Below, one piece after another: positions 7,780 to 15,988 of a stretch of 36,805 nt of DNA. Below the pieces are notes generated by a model that was not told the DNA's origin, made no database searches, and saw nothing but the letters and a program-made list of their open reading frames with translations. Where the stretch lies: positions 1-36,805 of the forward strand of contig JAMXLF010000092.1 in assembly GCA_024281055.1 (NCBI GenBank), read 5' to 3'. This DNA is from Geobacteraceae bacterium. GTDB taxonomy: Bacteria > Desulfobacterota > Desulfuromonadia > Geobacterales > Geobacteraceae. A program made the position numbers and the translations under genes. Every line of letters starts with the position of its first letter. Position 1 is the stretch's first letter.

Positions 7780-7860
7780 TGAATTCCCTGATTTCCTGGG
7801 ACACCATACGTAATTCAAAAGGCGGCCAATTGGCCGCCTTTGTCGTTTCCCGTGGAAATC
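7780..7860. repeat. REP-like hairpin repeat, copy B
   Basis: cctgaattccctgatttcctgggacaccatacgtaattcaaaaggcggccaattggccgcctttgtcgtttcccgtggaaat. The core of about 46 bp differs from copy A (2995-3040) at 2 positions. Confidence 0.7.
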
Positions 7861-8196
7861 CTTCGCTTCTGGTCCAGGAGCGGCCGCATCTGTCCCTTAC
7901 GGAGTTGGGAAAGACTCTGAATCGGGATATTTCACCGCTGGGCAGGGCAGGGCGGCGATTGCGGATGGAGTCGGCGCAAGGCGTTCGGCTCAGGAAGGTG
8001 ATCGAAAAGGTCAGGGGGAGAGCTGCAGGAATAGCAGAAAGGTAAGCCTGACCGCAGGCGGCGATGGAGATTGAAGTTTTGGGCCAGCGGACGTACAATG
8101 AAAATATCAGGAGGGAAGCGGGTTGAAGATTCCCCGTTTCCCGGTTGGTCTCAATAAATGAACGAAACGTGGAGCATTCGAGGGGAGGTGTACGTT

Positions 8197-8502
8197 ATGC
8201 GCATGCTCATGAACATCACGTTTCCCCACGGGGAATTCAACGCAGCGGTCAAGAACGGTACCGCCGGCAGGAAGATCAGGATGATTCTGGAAGATGCCAG
8301 GCCGGAAGCTGTTTATTTTACCGAGCAGCACGGCCAGCGCAATGCCGTCGTGATCATCAACGTTGACGACGTGTCGAAAATCCCCGCATTTGCCGAACCG
8401 TGGTTTCTGAATTTCAACGCAAATGTCGAGTTCAGGATCGCAATGACCCCTGCGGATCTGGAAAAAGCGGGGCTGGAGGAACTCGGGAAGAGATGGTCCT
8501 AA
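8197..8502 (+). CDS. DUF3303 family protein
   Basis: An SD (gaggggaggtg) precedes ATG 8197. MRMLMNITFPHGEFNAAVKNG...AEPWFLNFNANVEFRIAMTPADLEKAG follows the DUF3303 pattern: an N-terminal MxxMxxWxxxPE..AA motif and a C-terminal W..L.FE..PV..DEE motif. Confidence 0.6.
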   Translation: MRMLMNITFPHGEFNAAVKNGTAGRKIRMILEDARPEAVYFTEQHGQRNAVVIINVDDVSKIPAFAEPWFLNFNANVEFRIAMTPADLEKAGLEELGKRWS

Positions 8503-8564
8503 CGGCGAGCTGCAGGTGGCCATACAGCGGCCTGCCCAATAATCGCAATGTAATGCAAGGCGAG

Positions 8565-8586
8565 GCCCGCGGAAGCGGGCTTTTTG
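8565..8586 (+). terminator. Intrinsic terminator
   Basis: gcccgc-ggaa-gcgggc followed by TTTTT, downstream of the DUF3303 gene. Confidence 0.65.
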
Positions 8587-8631
8587 CGGTGAGCGGGGGC
8601 AATGGGGTCAGGCTTTACAGAGGGAGAAGTG

Positions 8632-9075
8632 ATGCGTTCTAGCTCCAATCTTACCATCGAGTGGGTCAAACCGGACATTGCTGCCGAGCGGTGGGAGTTT
8701 TTTCATCATCCGGAAAAGCAGGGCTTCTACCGGCGCCACACCATCGGCTGGGAAGAGATCCTGTCGGGGTTCGATGCCGGCCGTCTGGCCCCTTATCCCC
8801 GTTCGGACCGGATCGACGGCATCCCGGTCGCTCTCTCCTACAGCAGCTACGACGACTATGCCCGCTACCTGGCCAAGGCCAAGCGGGGCTACCGCAGAAA
8901 CTATTCCCTGATGGAGGAGACGCTGCAGAGCGAGGGAACACTTACCCTCCCTGCGCCAATCGTCCTGGAGTGCGGCGGCGAAGCGCTCCTCTTCTCCGGC
9001 TACCGCCGCCTCTGCCTCGCCTGGAACTACGGCATGATCCCCTTCGTCTGGCTCCTCCCGGTAGCGCCTGCCTGA
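8632..9075 (+). CDS. Hypothetical protein
   Basis: An SD (gggagaag) lies 2-3 nt before ATG 8632. The 147-aa ORF in GC-rich DNA shows no recognisable motif. Confidence 0.55.
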   Translation: MRSSSNLTIEWVKPDIAAERWEFFHHPEKQGFYRRHTIGWEEILSGFDAGRLAPYPRSDRIDGIPVALSYSSYDDYARYLAKAKRGYRRNYSLMEETLQSEGTLTLPAPIVLECGGEALLFSGYRRLCLAWNYGMIPFVWLLPVAPA

Positions 9076-9092
9076 AAAACGAGGGAGGATAA

Positions 9093-9117
9093 AAAAACCC
9101 GCCAAATGCGGGCTTTC
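9093..9117. terminator. Bidirectional intrinsic terminator
   Basis: aaacccgc-caaat-gcgggcttt sits between convergent genes (8632..9075 + and msrA -). Confidence 0.6.
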
Positions 9118-9139
9118 CCGTCAGTTGTCCGCGACTTCC

Positions 9140-9676
9140 CTAGTCGCGGACCCAGTGGCAGGTGTACCCTCCCGGATTTTTCACCAGGTAGTCCTGGTGG
9201 TACTCTTCGGCCCGCCACCACGGGCCCGCATGGGTGATTTCGGTGACCACGGGTCTCTTCCACTTGCCGCTTGCATCCACCTCGGCCTTGATCTTCTCCG
9301 CGATCCGCTTCTGCTCCTCGTCATGGTAAAAGATGGCGCTCCGGTAGCTGGTGCCCACATCGTTCCCCTGGCGGTTCATGGTGGTCGGATCGTGCATCCT
9401 GAAGAAGAACCGAAGCAGGGCCTCGAAGCTGGTCTTGGTCGGATCGAATTCGATCCGCACCGCCTCGGCATGTCCCTCGTGGTTGTGGTAGGTCGCGTTC
9501 GGCACCATCCCGCCGGTATAGCCAACCTCGGTCGAAATCACTCCCGGCTGCTTGCGCAAAAGATCCTGCATCCCCCAGAAACAGCCTCCGGCAAGGGTTG
9601 CCACCTGGCTCGCCGCAGGGGCCTGCGGCGTCAGTCGTTTCTCAAGCCCTTCTTCCGAATAGGTTTTCCCGGTCAT
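9140..9676 (-). CDS. msrA: Peptide methionine sulfoxide reductase MsrA
   Basis: [11 protein letters not shown]... (the catalytic GCFWG motif), [17 protein letters not shown] and YHQDYL are all MsrA hallmarks. Confidence 0.9.
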   Translation of the reverse strand: MTGKTYSEEGLEKRLTPQAPAASQVATLAGGCFWGMQDLLRKQPGVISTEVGYTGGMVPNATYHNHEGHAEAVRIEFDPTKTSFEALLRFFFRMHDPTTMNRQGNDVGTSYRSAIFYHDEEQKRIAEKIKAEVDASGKWKRPVVTEITHAGPWWRAEEYHQDYLVKNPGGYTCHWVRD

Positions 9677-9779
9677 CTCAGTCTCCTTCCCGGCTGTCTG
9701 GTCCGCGCCATTGGAAACCTTATGGAGTCGCCTTTCTGGTATTTTCGGGGAAGATGCTCCTCTGTGGTGAGTGGCGATC

Positions 9780-10070
9780 CTATTCCTTCACCCGCTTCGA
9801 TGCCGCCCGATTAACGGCAAAATTCTCCCGCTTGCCGACGGCCACCACGATGACAACAATGCGGTTGTCGTCAACCTGGTAGACCAGCCTGTAGCCGGCA
9901 TTCTTCAGCTTGATCTTGTAGCAATCCGCCATGCCCGAGAGCCGGGCAGACTCGACGCGGGGCCGCTCCAGCCGCTCGGCGAGCTTTTTCTTGAACTGTT
10001 CCCGGATTCCTCCGTCCAGCTTGTGCCACTCCTTCAGAGCGGATTCCCTGAATTCGAGGCTATAGCTCAT
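9780..10070 (-). CDS. relE: RelE/StbE-type toxin
   Basis: [19 protein letters not shown]...[23 protein letters not shown] is the RelE/ParE family pattern. It overlaps the upstream antitoxin gene by 11 nt. Confidence 0.85.
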   Translation of the reverse strand: MSYSLEFRESALKEWHKLDGGIREQFKKKLAERLERPRVESARLSGMADCYKIKLKNAGYRLVYQVDDNRIVVIVVAVGKRENFAVNRAASKRVKE

Positions 10071-10305
10071 CGAGGGAAACCTTGACGGTCGGTTCGCGTT
10101 CCCGTTCTTTGACGATGCGCCCCATCTCGTAATCCTCCAGCTTCTCCATCAGCACCTCGAAAGCCTCGGCAGGGATGATATAGGCACTCGGCTTGTTGTG
10201 GTTGAGGATCGCCACGGGTGCGCCTTCGGACTGGTTGATGATCCGGGAAGGGTTCTTCTTCAGGTCGCTGATGCTGACCGATGCCCGGGCATAAAGACGT
10301 TCCAT
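10060..10305 (-). CDS. relB: RelB/StbD (Phd/YefM-like) antitoxin
   Basis: MERLYARASVSISDLKKNPSRIINQSEGAPVAILNHNKPSAYIIPAEAFEVLMEKLED. An SD ggagg lies 7 nt upstream of ATG 10305. The listed longer start at 10329 lacks an SD. Confidence 0.8.
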   Translation of the reverse strand: MERLYARASVSISDLKKNPSRIINQSEGAPVAILNHNKPSAYIIPAEAFEVLMEKLEDYEMGRIVKEREREPTVKVSLDEL

Positions 10306-10455
10306 ATAATGACCTCCAATTAGATACAATTACAGAGACAAATATAGGTCACAATTTCCGGGATTGCAAGCGTTCTGTTCTACCTGACGGGGGTTTTTGC
10401 TTGTCATGTTAGAGGAATTTCAGTAAGCTGATGCCAGCAAGTCACCGAGAGGGCG

Positions 10456-10506
10456 ATGAGTCCAACCGTATTCAGGGAGAGCGCACGTCTCACCTCTCAC
10501 GTCTAA
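10456..10506 (+). pseudogene. Decayed 5' remnant of a DUF4160 gene
   Basis: atgagtccaaccgtattcaggg encodes MSPTVFR, identical to the first seven residues of the DUF4160 gene at 3162, with 19 of 21 nt identical. The frame stops after 16 codons. The upstream DNA also echoes the 3121-3161 promoter region (attgcaag...tagaggag). Confidence 0.4.
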
Positions 10507-10536
10507 CGTCTGACTTTCTTTATATCAGGAGGCATC

Positions 10537-11556
10537 ATGACCATCTTCGACGGCATCAGGCGGCAGCTGCGGACCGTGATCGAATGGCGGGACCCCTCGC
10601 CGGAGGCGCTTTTCACGCAATGGAGCGATAACGGCGACGAGATCAAGAACGCCTCGAAGCTGATCGTCAACCCGGGCCAGGGGTGTATCTTCGTCTACGA
10701 GGGGCAGATCCGCTCGGTGCTGACCGAGCCCTGCATGGTGGAGCTCACGACAGCCAACATCCCTTTCTGGACGACCATCACGCGGTTCATGCAGTCCTTC
10801 CAGAGCGAGCACAAGGTCGGCCTTTACTTCTTCCGCACCGCGAAGGTGCTCAACCAGAAATGGGGGACCCTTTCCCCGATCAAGTACGAGGACCCGAAAT
10901 ACGGCATTCCGGTGGCGGTGAAGGCCTTCGGCAACTTCAGCTGCCGCATCTCCGAGCCGCGCGATTTCTTCGTGAGCGTCGTGGGGGCGCACACCGACTA
11001 CACCATCGCCGACTTCCGGACCGTCATGGCGGAGCGGCTGATCCAGTCCATCACCGACTACATCGCCGAGTGCCGCCTCGCCTACACCGAGATCGATGCC
11101 CATCGGGAGGAGATCGCCGCCGGTCTGGCTCCGAGGTTGACCGCTGATTTCGGCAAGCTCGGCTTTGTCGTGGACGACTTCCGGATCGAGGGGATCAACT
11201 TCGACGAGGACACCGTCCGGCGCATCGGCCGCATCGCCGACATGACCGCCGAGGCGCAGGCGGCGAAGGCGGTGGGGTTGGACTACGGCTCCGTCCAGAG
11301 ACTGGAGGCGCTGCGGGAAGCCGCCCGGAACGAAGGGGGCGGGGCCGGCATCGGCATGGGGCTCGGGGCCGGTGTGGGCCTCGGGCAGACCATCGCCCAG
11401 GCCATGGGGCAGCCGGCCGCCGGTGCGCCGCAGCCTGCCGGGGCCGGTGGCGATGCCGCGGCACGGCTTGCCCAGCTCAAGCAGATGTTCGACCAGGAGC
11501 TGATCACGGCGGAGGAGTTTGCCGCCAAGAAGAAACAGATACTGGATACGGTTTAG
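10537..11556 (+). CDS. SPFH/band-7 family protein with a C-terminal SHOCT domain (COG4260-like)
   Basis: An SD aggagg precedes ATG 10537. A Gly/Ala-rich linker and a C-terminal AARLAQLKQMFDQELITAEEFAAKKKQIL (SHOCT motif) are present. The N-terminal 230 aa match the SPFH-type protein pattern. Confidence 0.75.
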   Translation: MTIFDGIRRQLRTVIEWRDPSPEALFTQWSDNGDEIKNASKLIVNPGQGCIFVYEGQIRSVLTEPCMVELTTANIPFWTTITRFMQSFQSEHKVGLYFFRTAKVLNQKWGTLSPIKYEDPKYGIPVAVKAFGNFSCRISEPRDFFVSVVGAHTDYTIADFRTVMAERLIQSITDYIAECRLAYTEIDAHREEIAAGLAPRLTADFGKLGFVVDDFRIEGINFDEDTVRRIGRIADMTAEAQAAKAVGLDYGSVQRLEALREAARNEGGGAGIGMGLGAGVGLGQTIAQAMGQPAAGAPQPAGAGGDAAARLAQLKQMFDQELITAEEFAAKKKQILDTV

Positions 11557-11591
11557 ATATTCAGCACGTGTCGGATCATAACTCCCCTCGC

Positions 11592-11647
11592 CCCCTCTTA
11601 GCTTAAGAGGGGGGATAAAAACCTCCTCCCCTTGAGTTAAGGGGAGG
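11592..11647 (+). repeat. Tandem GC-rich hairpins in the SPFH/zinc-ribbon intergenic region
   Basis: Hairpin 1 is cctctta-gc-ttaagagg (about 11592-11613). Hairpin 2 is cctcccctt-gagtt-aaggggagg (11625-11647). Neither is followed by a T-run. Confidence 0.5.
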
Positions 11648-11730
11648 TCGGGAGGGGTTATGCAAGAGCGATAAAGCCTGCAAAGGAATCGTTGCAAACG
11701 ACTCTTAGACCCATTTTCGAGGGCATGATC

Positions 11731-12387
11731 ATGGCCTTATGCAGCAGCTGTTCAGCGCCGCTTCCCGTCAACGACTGCCGGTGCAGCTATTGCGGTACCC
11801 GCAACGACATGGATTTTGCCGCCGTGGATCGCTACACCGTCGCCCGAGAACCGTCCCGGCGCCAGTGCCCGGATTGCGCGATCCCCCTCCAGACGGTCCG
11901 GGTCGATACCGGCGCCGGAGTTTTCGCCATCGAGCGCTGCGAGCACTGTTACGGTCTCTTTTTCGACGTGGGGGAGGTCCAGGCATTCCTCGATGCCTCC
12001 GTTACCCCAGCCTTCGCCGTCAACCTCCGCGAGATAGCCCTCATCAACGAGGAACGGGGCGCCGTCCGTCCGGTTCGCTACATCAAGTGTCCCGAATGCG
12101 GCGTGTTGATGAATCGCATGAATTACGGCGCCAGGAGCGGCGTCGTGGTGGACCAGTGCAAGGATCACGGCATGTGGCTGGACAATGGTGAGCTGGTTCA
12201 CCTGATGGAGTGGAAGAAGGCGGGGGGGCAGCTCCAGGCGCAGAAAGAGCAGGCCGAGGAGCGGGAAAGACGGGAGTATGTCAGGCCCGTCCCCGACTAT
12301 CCGATGTCGGGATGTCTGGAGACGAGCGCTGCGGGGGACCTGCTGGGTGCGGCCTGTACGGTGCTTTTGGAGACTTTGTTTCGCTGA
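11731..12387 (+). CDS. Zinc-ribbon protein (zf-TFIIB-like, two CxxC...CxxC modules), partner of the SPFH protein
   Basis: MALCSSCSAPLPVNDCRCSYCGT... and ...CPDCAIPLQ...CEHCYGLFFDVGEVQ / ...CPECGVLMNRMNY...CKDHGMWLDNGELVHL. An SD-like gaggg lies 7 nt before ATG 11731. The pairing with SPFH is the familiar NfeD-like arrangement. Confidence 0.7.
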   Translation: MALCSSCSAPLPVNDCRCSYCGTRNDMDFAAVDRYTVAREPSRRQCPDCAIPLQTVRVDTGAGVFAIERCEHCYGLFFDVGEVQAFLDASVTPAFAVNLREIALINEERGAVRPVRYIKCPECGVLMNRMNYGARSGVVVDQCKDHGMWLDNGELVHLMEWKKAGGQLQAQKEQAEERERREYVRPVPDYPMSGCLETSAAGDLLGAACTVLLETLFR

Positions 12388-12452
12388 AGAGGGTGACTAC
12401 GTATAAACGTATAGTTCAAGACCCCAAGGCCCAAGGCCGCCGTGTTATTCTC

Positions 12453-12581
12453 TCACCGGCAGAAAAGGAGCGTATCCGTCGCCAGGAAGAAACCGTATGC
12501 CCCGAGCGCGAGGCAAAGAATATCCCTCACCACAACCACAAGCCCCTCCCACAGCATATTCGTCTCACTGTTTCTTTTCAT
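12453..12581 (-). CDS. Candidate 42-aa hydrophobic small protein
   Basis: A perfect SD gaaggagg 5 nt upstream of ATG. Peptide: MKRNSETNMLWEGLVVVVRDILCLALGAYGFFLATDTLLFCR. It was not in the supplied track because it is under 60 aa. Confidence 0.35.
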   Translation of the reverse strand: MKRNSETNMLWEGLVVVVRDILCLALGAYGFFLATDTLLFCR

Positions 12582-12793
12582 GTTAGCCTCCTTCTCCGAC
12601 GGTTATCCAGGGGCTGCTCGCCCCCCCTGTCGACACTATTGCAATGAGTCGGCCAACTCCCCATGTTTCGTTCGCAATGCCGCAAATGCCCGCATCCCGC
12701 ATCATCCCCTCCCACCGCCGTACCCCGTATGTTTGTACCCTAAACACCAGCTGCCTAATTATTAGGCAGGTCCTGGAAAGGCGAGGGGGTCAG

Positions 12794-12816
12794 AAAGCCC
12801 GCCAGAAGCGGGCTTT
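12794..12816 (+). terminator. Geobacter-type terminator/REP hairpin
   Basis: aaagcccgccagaagcgggcttt. A second, decayed copy lies at 12862-12884 with a conserved tail running to about 12912. Confidence 0.5.
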
Positions 12817-12924
12817 CCTGCCTCCAACATGCTATAATGAAAAAGGGAATTCGTGGGAAAAAACCCGCCAAAACGGGCTTTCCTGCCTGTCTCGCAGGGC
12901 TGCCGCGTGACACGCTCTCCTTCC

Positions 12925-12954
12925 TTGACAACCTCCGTGGATTCAGGATATATA
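12925..12954 (+). promoter_or_regulatory. Putative sigma-70 promoter of the first REC-PilZ gene
   Basis: TTGACA at 12925-12930, a 17-18-nt spacer, then ATATAT or TATATA at 12948-12954. The start codon 12962 follows within about 8 nt of the -10 element, with no SD. This suggests a leaderless or short-leader transcript. Confidence 0.4.
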
Positions 12955-12961
12955 GATTTCT

Positions 12962-13636
12962 ATGAAAAAAATTCTTCTTATCAATCCAGGCAGAGACACT
13001 CTTGCTTTCGTAAATTTTTTTGATCGGGACGGCCTTCGAATCTTCACTGCCACCACAGCGGAAGAAGGGCTCAGGATTCACCGTGAGGAAATGGTCAATC
13101 TGATTCTCATCGAACTCGACCTTCCCGACATGGGGGGGGACTCACTCTGCTCCCGTATCCGTCAGGACCAATCACTCAGGAATGTTTCCATCATTGTCGT
13201 GTGCGGAGACACGCCGGAAGAGATCGAGAGAGCAGAAAGCTGCGGTGCCAATGCGCGGTTGCTGAAACCGGTCAAGCCGGAGGAACTCGACGACTGCGTC
13301 GGGAAACTCCTGGCTGTCCCGTCGCGCCGGGATTGTCGGGTCCTCGTCAGGGCACAGCTCTATGACCAACGCGGCGTGACGACTTTGTTCGGTACCTCGC
13401 AAAACATCAGCGTTTCCGGACTTCTGATCGAGTCGGACGATCACCTCGCAGTGGGAGACCGGATTTCTTGCGTGTTCTACCTCCCGGACGTTCGCAAGAT
13501 AACGGCCGTTGGGGAGGTTGTCCGGACCACCCGCCTTTCTCGCATCACGAAACAGTATGGAATCAGGTTCGTTTATCTCTACCCCGATGTAAAGGCGGAA
13601 ATAGAAAATTACGTCGCCCTCAACGCGGCAGCCTGA
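12962..13636 (+). CDS. Receiver (REC) domain plus PilZ domain protein (c-di-GMP-binding response regulator)
   Basis: The REC-like N-terminus has the conserved Asp context (LILIELDLPDMGG) and a K (LLKPV). The PilZ motifs RRDCR (RxxxR) and NISVSG (D/NxSxxG) are intact. The N-terminal acidic pocket is atypical (LLINPGRDT instead of the usual DD). Confidence 0.8.
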   Translation: MKKILLINPGRDTLAFVNFFDRDGLRIFTATTAEEGLRIHREEMVNLILIELDLPDMGGDSLCSRIRQDQSLRNVSIIVVCGDTPEEIERAESCGANARLLKPVKPEELDDCVGKLLAVPSRRDCRVLVRAQLYDQRGVTTLFGTSQNISVSGLLIESDDHLAVGDRISCVFYLPDVRKITAVGEVVRTTRLSRITKQYGIRFVYLYPDVKAEIENYVALNAAA

Positions 13637-13788
13637 ACCCGGCCTCACTCCGCTCTTCTCCAAGGTTTTTCAAGTCCCGTCTCATTCGCCTTCATCATCC
13701 CCCAAATATCTGGTATAGTAAATCCGCCGCCTTTCTCTTTCGAAAGGCACAGCCTGATCATTTTGCAAACACGCTCAAGAAGGTACTT

Positions 13789-15099
13789 ATGAAAAAAATC
13801 GCAGTAGCCCTCGTGGCCGTCGTCGTGCTCGGAACGATTCTGTTCTATTTTCTCGGGTCCCCCGCTCCCAAGGTGTCACTGAGCCCTGACGCAGGCCTGA
13901 TCGGCGCCGGCCGTGAGCTTGCCCTGAAGCTGGACGCACAGGGAGGGGGGCTGAAAAAGCTGTCTGTCAGCGCAGTACAAGGGGAGAAGATGGTCACGAT
14001 CCTGGCGAAGGATTATCCCCCTGGCAGCCGCCAGGCCGCGGAGGCGTTCAATCTGGCCAAAGCCGGCCTGAAGGATGGGACATTCACCCTGCAGGTCGAT
14101 GCGACAGGCTCCGCACCCCGTTTTGGCGCGGCCAGGACCACAACCCAGGCCCATTCCTTCACCCTGGATACCAAGCCGCTGGACGTGGCGGTCGTGAGCA
14201 TCGCCCATAATATCAACCAGGGCGGCGCGGGACTGGTCGTCTACACCGTTTCGAAGGAGGTTGAAAAGACCGGCATCGTAATCGCCGACCAGTTTTATCC
14301 GGGGTACCGGCAGGGGGGGGATTATTACGCCTGTCTCTTCCCCGCGCCCTACGACATGGACCCCGGCAAGTTCGTGCCGAAGGTGCTGGCGGTCGACCGG
14401 GCAGGGAACGAGAGCCTCGTGGGGATCATCTATCACGTGACTCCCAGGTCCTTTTCGACGGACCGGATCGATCTGACGGATGCCTTCCTCGAAAAGATCG
14501 CCGCGGAGTTCAAGGGAAAGTTCCCGCAAGGGGGAACCAACCTGGAGATATTCCTCAAGGCAAACAGGGACCAGCGCCAGCAGGACCGCAAGGCGATCGC
14601 CGACTACGGCCGGAAGACCTCTCCGACGCCGCTCTGGCAGGGACCCTTTCTCCGCATGCCGAACACCGCCCCCCTCGGCGGTTTCGCCCAGGCACGCACC
14701 TATGTATACCAGGGGAAAGAGGTCGACCGGCAGACACATCTCGGCTTCGACCTGGCATCGGTGGCCCACGCCGACGTGCCGGCCGCCAACCGCGGCACGG
14801 TCGTCTTTGCCGGCGACTTCGGCATCTATGGCCAATGCATCATCATCGACCACGGGCTGGGGCTGCAGAGTATCTACGGGCACCTGAGCCGGATCGGCGT
14901 CAAGCAGGGTGACAAGGTGGAAAAAGGACAGATAATCGGCAGTACCGGGGCCACCGGCATGGCCGGCGGGGATCACCTCCATTTTGAAACGGTAATCGCC
15001 GGGCAGTCGGTCAATCCGGTCGAATGGTGGGACCCGCACTGGATGAAAAACAACGTCACGGGCAAACTCGAATTGATCAAGGCGCCCACGACCAAATGA
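13789..15099 (+). CDS. M23 family (LytM-type) peptidoglycan metalloendopeptidase with an N-terminal signal anchor
   Basis: I used ATG 13789 (MKKIAVALVAVVVLGTILF...) rather than the long upstream ORF 13468. The C-terminus ...HLGFDLASVAHADVPAANRGTVVFAG...IIIDHGLGLQSIYGHLS...GDHLHFE carries the M23 HxxxD / HxH signature. Confidence 0.8.
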   Translation: MKKIAVALVAVVVLGTILFYFLGSPAPKVSLSPDAGLIGAGRELALKLDAQGGGLKKLSVSAVQGEKMVTILAKDYPPGSRQAAEAFNLAKAGLKDGTFTLQVDATGSAPRFGAARTTTQAHSFTLDTKPLDVAVVSIAHNINQGGAGLVVYTVSKEVEKTGIVIADQFYPGYRQGGDYYACLFPAPYDMDPGKFVPKVLAVDRAGNESLVGIIYHVTPRSFSTDRIDLTDAFLEKIAAEFKGKFPQGGTNLEIFLKANRDQRQQDRKAIADYGRKTSPTPLWQGPFLRMPNTAPLGGFAQARTYVYQGKEVDRQTHLGFDLASVAHADVPAANRGTVVFAGDFGIYGQCIIIDHGLGLQSIYGHLSRIGVKQGDKVEKGQIIGSTGATGMAGGDHLHFETVIAGQSVNPVEWWDPHWMKNNVTGKLELIKAPTTK

Positions 15100-15111
15100 A
15101 AAAGTAGCAAA

Positions 15112-15134
15112 AAAGCCCGCCAAAAGCGGGCTTT
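15112..15134 (+). terminator. Geobacter-type terminator with an extended REP tail
   Basis: aaaaaagcccgccaaaagcgggcttt is followed by cctgtctttctcgccgggattgcaccacgccgacc (to about 15175). This tail is similar to those at 12885-12912 and 19376-19410. Confidence 0.6.
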
Positions 15135-15211
15135 CCTGTCTTTCTCGCCGGGATTGCACCACGCCGACCTGAGCGTGCCAATCCGACTCGAATCCTCTTC
15201 GGTTCTCAAAC

Positions 15212-15748
15212 CTAGTAGTGATCCTCGACCAGCTCAAAATACGCCCGCGGGTGCTTGCATACGGGGCATGTCTCGGGAGCTTCCGTGCCTTCATGGATAT
15301 GCCCGCAGTTGCGGCACCGCCAGCGCACCTTGTCGTTCTTGGCGAAGAACGTATTTGCCTCGATCTCTTCCAACAGTTTCGCGTAGCGCTCCTGGTGATG
15401 CCGTTCGATCTTGCCGATGGACTCGAACATGAAGGCAATCTCCGGGAAGCCCTCTTCCCGGGCCTCCTTTGCCATGCGCGGGTACATGTCCGTGCATTCG
15501 TCCAGTTCGCCTGCGGCTGCCGCACGCAGGTTGGCGATGGTGGAGCCCAGACCGCCAAGGTATTTGAGATGCAACTTTGCATGCTCCTTCTCGTTGTCGG
15601 CCGTTTCAAGAAAGATTGCAGCCACCTTTTCATATCCTTCTTTCTTCGCTACCGATGCAAAGTACGTGTATTTGTTTCGTGCCTGTGATTCTCCGGCAAA
15701 TGCGCCCATGAGGTTTTGCTCGGTCCTGGTCCCATTGAGTTTAGGCAT
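15212..15748 (-). CDS. rbr: Rubrerythrin
   Basis: An N-terminal ferritin-like di-iron domain (NLMGAFAGESQARNKYTYFA...EKEHAKL) and a C-terminal rubredoxin-like CxxC...CxxC (WRCRNCGHIHEGTEAPETCPVCKHP). Confidence 0.9.
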   Translation of the reverse strand: MPKLNGTRTEQNLMGAFAGESQARNKYTYFASVAKKEGYEKVAAIFLETADNEKEHAKLHLKYLGGLGSTIANLRAAAAGELDECTDMYPRMAKEAREEGFPEIAFMFESIGKIERHHQERYAKLLEEIEANTFFAKNDKVRWRCRNCGHIHEGTEAPETCPVCKHPRAYFELVEDHY

Positions 15749-15988
15749 ACCATACCCCTCCTTCTAGTGATGTCGTACCCGTTACGATTAACCGGATAGT
15801 TCTCCCAGGTTTTGATTAAAAATCATAGCACGGTATCTGCCCACGGCAAGGGTTGCTCCTCTCAAACAAAACAGCCCGTCACGATTCATCCTCCACCCGG
15901 CTGCACATCCTTGCAGATCTTTTCGATGTCGACCGCGATTTTTACGCAGAGTACGCAGAGGATCGCAGAGAAACTCACGTTTCAAATG

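Noticed and set aside
7641-8098. Overlapping 134-aa ORFs on both strands, 7641..8045 (+) and 7694..8098 (-)
   Set aside because: They span the REP-like repeat. Their translations include the repeat-derived peptide KAANWPPFEL, which also appears in spurious frames at the other repeat copies. There is no SD. I treat the region as noncoding.
10352-10364. 13-mer aatttccgggatt, shared with 26308-26320
   Set aside because: A 13-mer match is within chance expectation for a 37-kb window on two strands.
10525-11697. 390-aa minus-strand ORF
   Set aside because: It is antisense to the SPFH gene. Its translation is low-complexity.
13876-15633. 585-aa ORF on the minus strand
   Set aside because: It is antisense to the well-supported M23 peptidase gene. 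It has an Arg/Pro/Gly-rich, low-complexity translation typical of spurious frames in GC-rich DNA, and no SD.
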